Origin: Elusimicrobiota bacterium
Lineage (GTDB): Bacteria > CG03 > SLGR01 > JBDRKX01
Length of the DNA: 14,770 nt
Assembly: GCA_043813605.1 (NCBI GenBank)
Contig: JBDRKX010000005.1
Location: 1 to 14,770 of the forward strand
Direction: 5' to 3'
The notes under the pieces are model-generated. The model saw nothing but the letters and a program-made list of their open reading frames with translations. It was not told where the DNA came from and did no database searches. The position numbers and the translations under genes are program-made. Positions 8,564 through 14,770 of this stretch are shown piece by piece. Numbering within the stretch: position 1 is the stretch's first letter; each line of letters begins with the position of its first letter.

Positions 8564-10047
8564 AGATAATAAGCGCAAAAGAGATGGCAAGACTTGATGA
8601 GGAATGCGGTGTAGAGACAGATGTGCTGATGGAACAGGCCGGTGCCGGGATGGCCGCTGTTATAGAAAAGTATCTGCCGGATCATCCGGTATGTTTCATA
8701 TGCGGGAACGGGAATAACGGCGGAGACGGGTTTGTCGCCGCAAGGTACCTTTACCAGAACGGGCGGGATGTAGAGGTATATACGCTGGATCCGCCGGATA
8801 AACTTAAAGAACTGCCCGGAAAACAGGCTGAAAAAACAGGGTTACCGGTAACACAGTTACCAAAAGATAGGCTCAAATATATACTTAACAGTGATAAGAT
8901 AGTAGTTGACTGTATATTCGGCACTGGTTTCCGCCCGCCGCTTGAGAATAACCTTAAAGATATTCTTGATATTATAAACAAAAAAAGTAAAATAACCGTA
9001 GCCTGTGATATTCCTACAGGTGTAAACGGTAATACGGGTGAAGCTGATCCCGGTTCAATCCAGGCTGATCTGACGGTAACGTTCGCGTACCCGAAGACAG
9101 GTCATATACGGGGTGACGGTTCTCTGTTTACCGGTACGCTGGAAGTAGTGGATATAGGCATAGATCTTTCTCCTGAAGAATATCTTGATAAAGAAGAGTT
9201 CGTGCTGAGACAGGATTGCGAAGCGTATTTTACCAGGCGCAAAAAGGATACCCATAAGAAGACGTACGGCCATATACTGGTTGTCGGCGGATCGCCCGGG
9301 ATGAGCGGAGCGGTGACCATGTCGGCTCTCGGGGCGCTTCGTACCGGGGCAGGGCCGGTTACTTCGGCTGTATCGAGAGATATTGCCGCCAGAGTGGCAG
9401 CAGGGTCGATGAGTTCCATGACACTTGAGCTGGATACGCCGGCAGGGTATCTGGCGGTGGAAAACGCGGCTGACATACTGTCGTTTATTGAAAAACGCTC
9501 CATAGATTGTGTCATACTGGGGCCGGGGATGTCGACCGGACAGGGCCAGGCTGAACTGGTAAAAGAACTGCTGGGTAAAATAGAGTGTCCTGTTGTGCTT
9601 GATGCTGACGGCCTGAATAATGTTGCCGGTGATCCCGGGATATTAAAAAATAGGCGGTATCCGCTTCTTCTGACACCGCATCCGGGAGAAATGGCCCGTA
9701 TAACAGGCAAGTCCGGAAACGAGATCGCTGCAGACAGGGTGAAAGCTGCCGTTTATCTGGCGAATGAGACAGGATCAGTGGTGCTTTTAAAAGGGTTCCG
9801 GTCGGTTATTACCGACGGCAGCCAGTTTTTTATAAATTCTACCGGTAATCCCGGGATGGCTACCGGCGGATCGGGAGATATCCTGTCGGGTATGGCTGCT
9901 GCGCTCATCGGTCAGGAGATGAATCTACTGGAATCAGCGAAAACAGCTGCCTGGGTACATGGCAGAGGCGGGGATATAGCGGCATGGGCGTATGGTGAAC
10001 GGTATATATTGCCGGAAGATATTTTGAAAGGCATAGTATTAGTGTAA
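8560..10047 (+). CDS. nnr: Bifunctional NAD(P)H-hydrate epimerase/dehydratase (NnrE-NnrD, YjeF)
   Basis: GTG start; LME.AG, CG.GNNGGDG, VDCIFGTG, DIPTG; THKKTYG..LVVGGS.GMSGA, VVLDADGLN, LTPHPGEMAR, GMATGGSGDILSG. Confidence 0.96.
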   Translation: MKIISAKEMARLDEECGVETDVLMEQAGAGMAAVIEKYLPDHPVCFICGNGNNGGDGFVAARYLYQNGRDVEVYTLDPPDKLKELPGKQAEKTGLPVTQLPKDRLKYILNSDKIVVDCIFGTGFRPPLENNLKDILDIINKKSKITVACDIPTGVNGNTGEADPGSIQADLTVTFAYPKTGHIRGDGSLFTGTLEVVDIGIDLSPEEYLDKEEFVLRQDCEAYFTRRKKDTHKKTYGHILVVGGSPGMSGAVTMSALGALRTGAGPVTSAVSRDIAARVAAGSMSSMTLELDTPAGYLAVENAADILSFIEKRSIDCVILGPGMSTGQGQAELVKELLGKIECPVVLDADGLNNVAGDPGILKNRRYPLLLTPHPGEMARITGKSGNEIAADRVKAAVYLANETGSVVLLKGFRSVITDGSQFFINSTGNPGMATGGSGDILSGMAAALIGQEMNLLESAKTAAWVHGRGGDIAAWAYGERYILPEDILKGIVLV

Positions 10048-10074
10048 AGCGGTACAGTTCATAAGGAGGAAATT

Positions 10075-10338
10075 ATGTTAAGTGTACTTTTCGGATTAGT
10101 TTCAATAGTGATCGGTGTTGTCTGGTTGTTATTATGGGGCGCATGGAGCCAGTTCCTTACTGTTATGCAGGGTTCAGTGCCTCCGTTTCTTGTACTGGTA
10201 GGTCTGGTAGCTATAGCTGCGGGTATTTCCAGTTTAAAAGACAATGCGGCTGCAAGAAGAGAAGAAGACAGCATAGATGACGAATCATCAGATGACAGCG
10301 ACGAAGGCGGTTCGGAATCAAGCCCTCTGGGCGAATAA
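10075..10338 (+). CDS. Small hypothetical two-TM membrane protein with an acidic tail
   Basis: Strong RBS AAGGAGG upstream; 87 aa with two hydrophobic helices, then a D/E/S-rich C-terminus. Confidence 0.8.
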   Translation: MLSVLFGLVSIVIGVVWLLLWGAWSQFLTVMQGSVPPFLVLVGLVAIAAGISSLKDNAAARREEDSIDDESSDDSDEGGSESSPLGE

Positions 10339-10348
10339 TAAGAGGTAT

Positions 10349-10373
10349 TAACCGTAGAAATACGGTTATTCTT
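10349..10373 (+). terminator. Possible intrinsic terminator / stable hairpin
   Basis: Perfect 8-bp stem TAACCGTA-GAAA-TACGGTTA with a GNRA tetraloop, followed by a weak U-tract (TTCTT), 10 nt after the stop codon. Confidence 0.55.
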
Positions 10374-10402
10374 AAAGTAAGAACTCAATAAATGTGAGCC
10401 AG

Positions 10403-10453
10403 CTGTTCACAAGTTGTGGAAAACTTATTAACTTGTGGAAAACCTGTTAAAAA
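10403..10453. promoter_or_regulatory. Cluster of DnaA-box-like 9-mers
   Basis: TGTGGAAAA at 10415-10423 and 10434-10442 (reverse complement TTTTCCACA, exact TTWTNCACA); weaker CTGTTCACA 10403-10411, TTATTAACT 10425-10433, TGTTAAAAA 10445-10453. Confidence 0.6.
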
Positions 10454-10887
10454 TTTCCGGTTCTGTTGAAGAAACCAGGCGTTCAGGTAAACAGCTGGCA
10501 CATGATATTAGAGGATATAGCAGAAACATATTCCTGTTCGGGGAACTGGGGGCTGGTAAGACGACGTTTCTCAAGGGGTTAGGTGAAGGATTGGGTATAG
10601 AAGAAGATATAACCAGCCAGACATTCCAGCTGGTAAGAAGATACGAGAATACCGGTGGTAACGGGTTTATCCATGTGGATCTTTACAGGCTGAAAGATAT
10701 AGACGAGATACTGCATCTGGGCTGGTGGGATATACTTGAAGATGAAGCGGTAACAGCTGTCGAATGGGCTGACAGGGCTTTTGAAATACTCCCGGAAGAA
10801 GGGGTGTTTCTGAAGATCAGGATGCTATCAGAGAAAGAGAGAGAGATTGGTATCTACCGAAAAAAAGAAGATTTACCTCGCGATTGA
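10435..10887 (+). CDS. tsaE: t6A biosynthesis ATPase TsaE
   Basis: S.EET..G..LA, Walker A GELGAGKTTF, ITS.TF.LV..Y, HVDLYRL, VEWA; adjacent to tsaB. GTG start is uncertain. Confidence 0.94.
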   Translation: MENLLKISGSVEETRRSGKQLAHDIRGYSRNIFLFGELGAGKTTFLKGLGEGLGIEEDITSQTFQLVRRYENTGGNGFIHVDLYRLKDIDEILHLGWWDILEDEAVTAVEWADRAFEILPEEGVFLKIRMLSEKEREIGIYRKKEDLPRD

Positions 10888-11434
10888 GACGACAACAGAT
10901 GTTTTTTCTATTGCTTTAGGTGATAATGAGGGTATTATAACTGAAAAGAGTATACCCGGCAGGAGACATTCGGAGTTCCTGATGCCCGGGATACAGGAGA
11001 TACTTGAAGAAAGCGGTCTTTCTATGGACGATGTAAAAGCTGTAGGAGCGGGTGTAGGGCCCGGGTCGTTTACTGGGATAAGAGTGGGATTGAGTACGGC
11101 TGTTACTATCGGGCAGGTAAAGAAAATACCGGTATACGGTATATCGTCCATGGATCTCGCGGGAAAAGAGACTGCTCATCCTGTGATACTGGCGTTCAGG
11201 GACAAATATTATCATGCCGAATACGATGATGACGGGACCCGTAAGACGCCGTTTAACCTGATAAGCGCTGATGAAAAAGATGAACTGGAAGGGAAACCGG
11301 TGCAGATATCGGCAAGCAGATTTATTGCAGAGACAGTCGAAAGGCATAAATTAGGTGACAGAGGCGACTGGCGTGAGATCGAGCCTGTATATGTCATGAC
11401 AACGGTATATAAACCCAAGAAAATGGGTGTATAA
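10847..11434 (+). CDS. tsaB: t6A biosynthesis protein TsaB (short form)
   Basis: YLAIETTT..FSIAL, HSE.LMP.I..IL, GPGSFTGIRVG, C-terminal EPVY; start codon uncertain. Confidence 0.92.
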   Translation: MVSTEKKKIYLAIETTTDVFSIALGDNEGIITEKSIPGRRHSEFLMPGIQEILEESGLSMDDVKAVGAGVGPGSFTGIRVGLSTAVTIGQVKKIPVYGISSMDLAGKETAHPVILAFRDKYYHAEYDDDGTRKTPFNLISADEKDELEGKPVQISASRFIAETVERHKLGDRGDWREIEPVYVMTTVYKPKKMGV

Positions 11435-11474
11435 TTTTACGAAAAATTTCACGGGGAAAGTTTCACGAGAAAAG
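11431..11474 (+). repeat. Non-coding copy of the 12-bp-period repeat family between tsaB and hisG
   Basis: ATAATTTTACGA/AAAATTTCACGG/GG/AAAGTTTCACGA/GAAAAG; 11443-11474 aligns to ftsH 4726-4755 at 27 of 32 columns. Confidence 0.7.
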
Positions 11475-11491
11475 TATAAAAGGGAAAAATA

Positions 11492-12373
11492 ATGAGTGAC
11501 AACAAACTTAAATTTGCTTTACCTAAAGGCAGTCTGCAGAAATCCACTATGGATATATTCGAGAAAGCAGGTATAAAGATATATCTCAGTAACGAACGGT
11601 CTTATTACCCGGTATCTGATGACGAGAGTATAGAGTTTATGCTTATACGGCCGCAGGAGATGCCTAAATACGTCATGGAAGGCGTTTTTGATGCGGGGCT
11701 CTGCGGGTATGACTGGATAATGGAAAACGACGTTGAAGTCGAGGATATATGCGAACTGGTGTATGCTAAAGGCGGGTTCACGCCTGTTAAATGGGTGCTG
11801 GCTGTACCTGAGGATTCCAAAATAAAGTCTATAGAAGACCTTAAGGGGAAACGCATATCGACTGAACTGGTGAATTATGTAAAAAAATATTTTTCCGAAA
11901 AGAATATCAAATGTGACATAGAGTTCTCCTGGGGAGCGACAGAAGTAAAAGCCGGTGTATTATGTGACGCTATAGTGGAACTGACAGAAACAGGGTCCTC
12001 GTTAAAGGCAAACAAACTGAGAATAGTAGATACGCTCCTGTCATCGTCTACCCGGTTGATAGCCAATATAGATTCTTATAAGGACGACTGGAAAAAGATC
12101 AAGTTAGAGAATATAGCCATGCTTCTTAAAGCTGCTGTTGATGCCGAGAGCATGGTGGGACTCAAAATGAACATAGAAGAATCCAAACTGGATGAGATAA
12201 TGGCGATACTGCCTGCGCTCAAACAGCCTACCGTATCACAGCTTACGGTCAAAGGCTGGGTAGCGCTTGAAATAGTCGTAGCGGAAAAGACCGTTAAAGA
12301 GATTTTACCAAAATTAAAGCGGGCAGGAGCAGAAGGGATAATAGAGTATCCTCTAAACAAGATTGTCTACTGA
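11492..12373 (+). CDS. hisG: ATP phosphoribosyltransferase, long form
   Basis: LKFALPKGSL, IRPQEMPKYV..G.FDAG..G.DW, RISTE, EFSWGATEVK, DAIVELTETGSSLKAN.L; C-terminal regulatory domain LPALKQPTVS...GAEGIIEYPLNKIV. Confidence 0.97.
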   Translation: MSDNKLKFALPKGSLQKSTMDIFEKAGIKIYLSNERSYYPVSDDESIEFMLIRPQEMPKYVMEGVFDAGLCGYDWIMENDVEVEDICELVYAKGGFTPVKWVLAVPEDSKIKSIEDLKGKRISTELVNYVKKYFSEKNIKCDIEFSWGATEVKAGVLCDAIVELTETGSSLKANKLRIVDTLLSSSTRLIANIDSYKDDWKKIKLENIAMLLKAAVDAESMVGLKMNIEESKLDEIMAILPALKQPTVSQLTVKGWVALEIVVAEKTVKEILPKLKRAGAEGIIEYPLNKIVY

Positions 12374-13898
12374 TAAATCTACTAATTTTCCTAGTGAAAT
12401 TCCTCGTGAAATAAGAGTGAGGTTTGCGCCGTCACCTACGGGGTATCTTCATATAGGAGGAGCGCGGACAGCTCTTTATAATTACCTGTTTGCCAGGAAA
12501 CATAACGGGAAATTCATACTGCGTATAGAAGATACTGATACTGACCGGTCGGTACCGGCGTTCTTGAGCGCCATATTCTACAGTCTCGAATGGCTGGGAC
12601 TCGAATGGGATGAAGGGCCGAAGACTGTTGAGGATAACCTGGACGCTATACAGGAGATTGGCGAATACGGGCCGTATTTACAGAGCCGGCGTACGGAAAT
12701 ATACCAGAAAGCGCTGAAAGAACTTGTTGGCGGTGGAAAAGTATATGAATGTTACTGTACGCCTGAAGAACTCAAGAAAAACCGGGAAGAAGCTATGAAC
12801 CGGGGGCAGGATCCGGGGTATGACGGCAGATGCCGTAACCTGACGCGTGATGAGAAGGAAGCGTTTCAAAAAAAGGGCATAATGCCGGCTTACAGGCTGA
12901 GGACACCGGATACGGGTATGATATCTTTCACTGATATGGTCAAAGGTGAGATAGAGATAGATCTGGCGACAATAAAAGATTTTGTCATATTCAAATCAGA
13001 CGGTATGCCTACATATAATTTCGCCTGTATGGTAGACGATATGTATATGCATATATCGCATGTCATAAGGGGAGACGACCATATATATAATACCCCGAAA
13101 CAACTGTTATTGTACCGGGCATTCAATGTAGCTGAAGAAGAGATACCGCAGTTCGCGCATCTGCCGCAGGTACACGGGACTGACGGCAAGAAACTCTCTA
13201 AACGCACGGGCGCGGTATCAGTGGAAGATTACAGGATGGACGGGTACCTGCCGGAAGCGTTAAAGAACTATCTGGCGCTTATCGGCTGGTCGACAGAAGA
13301 TTCACAGCAGATATTCGAGGGAGACGAGCTGATACAGAAATTCGAGATAGGAAGATGTTCTAAATCGTGCGGTATATTCGATATAGAAAAACTTAAATGG
13401 ATGAACGGTAAATATATCCGTAAAATGACGCCTGATGATATTGCCGGTTCAGCGTTCAGGTGGCTTGAGAAAGCCGGGCTGGCGGAAACGCAATGCACGA
13501 TACCGGATATAGTCTTAAAAGCGATCAAGACCGAACAGGAAAAATTCGAACTGCTTTCGGAGATACCGGGTAGGATTGATTTTATTGTTAAAGATAATAT
13601 AGAATATGACGAAAAATCCGTTAATAAACGGTTGAAGAAAGAGGGAGTGAAAGAGGTTTTAACGGATCTGCTGGAGATTTTTAAAGAAACGGAAGATTTT
13701 ACGGCTGCCGTACTTGAAGACAGGGTAAGGGTATACTGCGAGGGAAAAGGGCTTGGAGCGGGGAAAGTGTTCCATCCTGTCCGGGTAGCGGTATCGGGTA
13801 CGATGAAAGGGCCGGGTGTATTTGAGATGCTTGAACTTATAGGTAAAGAAAAAAGCGTCAAAAGAGTTGAATATGCCCTTGAAAATCTTGTAGAATAA
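12363..13898 (+). CDS. gltX: Glutamate--tRNA ligase
   Basis: RVRFAPSPTGYLHIGG (HIGH), LRIEDTD, CYC...YDGRC zinc region, HVIRGDDH..NTPKQ, KLSKR (KMSKS), anticodon domain PVRVAVSG...GPG.FE. Start (TTG 12363) uncertain. Confidence 0.97.
   Translation: MSTDKSTNFPSEIPREIRVRFAPSPTGYLHIGGARTALYNYLFARKHNGKFILRIEDTDTDRSVPAFLSAIFYSLEWLGLEWDEGPKTVEDNLDAIQEIGEYGPYLQSRRTEIYQKALKELVGGGKVYECYCTPEELKKNREEAMNRGQDPGYDGRCRNLTRDEKEAFQKKGIMPAYRLRTPDTGMISFTDMVKGEIEIDLATIKDFVIFKSDGMPTYNFACMVDDMYMHISHVIRGDDHIYNTPKQLLLYRAFNVAEEEIPQFAHLPQVHGTDGKKLSKRTGAVSVEDYRMDGYLPEALKNYLALIGWSTEDSQQIFEGDELIQKFEIGRCSKSCGIFDIEKLKWMNGKYIRKMTPDDIAGSAFRWLEKAGLAETQCTIPDIVLKAIKTEQEKFELLSEIPGRIDFIVKDNIEYDEKSVNKRLKKEGVKEVLTDLLEIFKETEDFTAAVLEDRVRVYCEGKGLGAGKVFHPVRVAVSGTMKGPGVFEMLELIGKEKSVKRVEYALENLVE
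12366..12413 (-). repeat. Four 12-bp units at the hisG/gltX junction (reverse orientation of the repeat family)
   Basis: + strand TCTACTGATAAA/TCTACTAATTTT/CCTAGTGAAATT/CCTCGTGAAATA; the reverse complement contains ATTTCACGAGG/AATTTCACTAGG/AAAA. Confidence 0.7.
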
Positions 13899-13909
13899 GG
13901 AGCAATAAG

Positions 13910-14272
13910 ATGAACGATAACAACGTAGATTTAAATTTTTTCAATATTGTGATATCACTGTCACAGGCTGCGATGCTGGGTATGGGCAAAATAGCTCATC
14001 CCGAGTCGGGAGAAGTCAGTGTTAACCTGGATATAGCTAAGATCAACATAGATATACTCCAGATGCTTAAAGACAAGACAGTAGGTAATTTAACGAAAAA
14101 AGAAGCAGAAGTATTAAACGAGACGCTTACGAACCTTCAGTTGACCTATGTCGACGAAGTAAAAAAACAGGGTCTTTCGGGAAAAAAACCCGACGATTCG
14201 GAAGGATCTTCACAAGAAAAGACTGAAGAAACGCCAGAGAATTCTTCAGTAAATACATCGGAAAACGCATAA
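13910..14272 (+). CDS. DUF1844-like small protein with a low-complexity tail
   Basis: RBS AAGGAG; F..IV.SL.QAAM.GMG.I.HP.SGE...NL..AK..IDIL.MLK.KT.GNL...E...L...L.NLQ..YV, the pattern I recognise as DUF1844. Confidence 0.85.
   Translation: MNDNNVDLNFFNIVISLSQAAMLGMGKIAHPESGEVSVNLDIAKINIDILQMLKDKTVGNLTKKEAEVLNETLTNLQLTYVDEVKKQGLSGKKPDDSEGSSQEKTEETPENSSVNTSENA
14192..14263 (+). repeat. Degenerate 12-bp-period units encoding the DUF1844 tail
   Basis: GACGATTCGGAA/GGATCTTCACAA/GAAAAGACTGAA/GAAACGCCAGAG/AATTCTTCAGTA/AATACATCGGAA; TTCACAAGAAAAG (14209-14221) is identical to ftsH 4743-4755. Confidence 0.55.
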
Positions 14273-14288
14273 CACAATTCATTTAAAT

Positions 14289-14362
14289 TGCCGGCTCGTC
14301 TAATGGCAGGACAACGGACTCTGGCTCCGTCTGTGGGGGTTCGAATCCTCCGCCGGCAGCCA
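14289..14362 (+). tRNA. tRNA-Gln (CTG)
   Basis: Acceptor TGCCGGC/GCCGGCA (U1:A72), G73, CCA; anticodon arm ACGGA-CTCTGGC-TCCGT; T arm GGGGG-TTCGAAT-CCTCC. Confidence 0.95.
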
Positions 14363-14438
14363 AACTGGATTCTAACCGCTTTCGTCGACAAAACAGGCAA
14401 AAAAGCCTCGAACCTAGCGGTAAAATCCGGTTTTTTTT
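14362..14438 (+). terminator. Long imperfect hairpin plus T8 tract; probable operon terminator
   Basis: AAACTGGATTCTAACCGCTTTCG (14362-14384) pairs imperfectly with CGAACCTAGCGGTAAAATCCGGTTT (14409-14433); T8 at 14431-14438. Confidence 0.6.
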
Positions 14439-14632
14439 AAAGTAAATTCCATAAATATTTTACTACCTTTTTTAACATTCCTTTTTATAAATTCTTCCCC
14501 AAAATATTTCTTTTATAAACCATTTGAATAATAGTAGATCGACGACAAATATGTATATCCCTATGGTTTAAGTAATTTGAGATTTTAATCAATAGTAATA
14601 TTGCAAAAAACAGCATTTTCGAACCTATAAAA

Positions 14633-14770
14633 CCCACATTCCGCTTGTTGAAGAAGCCTTAAATCTGAATTAAGGATAGCAAAATTAACGGTACAATTCC
14701 ATCGGTACTTCCAACAACTTCAGTAGCGTATTCTGCAATTGATTTAACTTAATAGGGAAACAAACTCTCT
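14633..14770 (-). mobile_element. Probable downstream end of an IS1634-family insertion sequence (continues beyond window)
   Basis: CCCACATTCCGC at 14633-14644 resembles IS1634-type terminal inverted repeats as I recall them (..GCGGAATGTGGG). It lies about 40 nt after the stop of a transposase-like C-terminus; hairpin CCTTAA-N7-TTAAGG at 14657-14675. Confidence 0.55.
14685..14768 (-). CDS. 3' end (partial) of a probable IS1634-family transposase
   Basis: Open frame from the window edge: ...RVCFPIKLNQLQNTLLKLLEVPMELYR*, similar to the 'L..LQ..IL.LL.VP...Y' C-terminus typical of IS1634 transposases. Confidence 0.5.
   Translation of the reverse strand, partial: RVCFPIKLNQLQNTLLKLLEVPMELYR

Noticed and set aside
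10340..10460. Replication origin (oriC)
   Set aside because: The intergenic space is under 100 bp, there is no clear unwinding element, no dnaA/dnaN nearby and no change in gene orientation.
638..14400. Many minus-strand and alternative-frame ORFs in the track (e.g. 3102-4019, 1025-1600, 9102-9710, 13268-13861, 4575-4775, 7784-7996)
   Set aside because: They overlap well-supported + strand genes, show no recognisable motifs, and are typical antisense or shadow frames.
14440..14520. Reverse-strand GAAATATTTTGGGGAAGAATTT resembling the PdxJ-tail repeat
   Set aside because: It lies in very AT-rich DNA with no consistent 12-bp period, so the similarity may be chance.
1..14770. Composite transposon carrying the whole block
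   Set aside because: The two ends resemble different IS families and the cargo is core housekeeping genes in conserved order.

Overview
Bacterial chromosomal window that is almost entirely one co-oriented (+ strand), tightly coupled housekeeping block: tRNA-Met(CAT), a lipoprotein, tilS-hpt-ftsH-folE-folP-cdaA-(CdaR-like micro-ORF)-pdxJ, a pseudopilin-like ORF, acpS-nnr, a small membrane protein, tsaE-tsaB-hisG-gltX, a DUF1844-like gene and tRNA-Gln(CTG). Both AT-rich edges look like ends of insertion sequences. On the left are the start of an rve/ISNCY-like transposase and three subterminal direct repeats; on the right are the 3' end and terminal repeat of an IS1634-like element. Main unexplained signals: (1) a dispersed, degenerate 12-bp-period repeat family at gene junctions, absorbed in frame into the termini of FtsH, PdxJ, the DUF1844 protein and (reverse orientation) GltX, and also present in non-coding DNA; (2) a CdaR membrane anchor reduced to 27 aa, or fused to CdaA via a +1 shift, with no YbbR domains or glmM following; (3) a +1 homopolymer frameshift in folE; (4) a DnaA-box cluster overlapping the tsaE start. 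All calls come from motif recognition by eye; no database searches were run.
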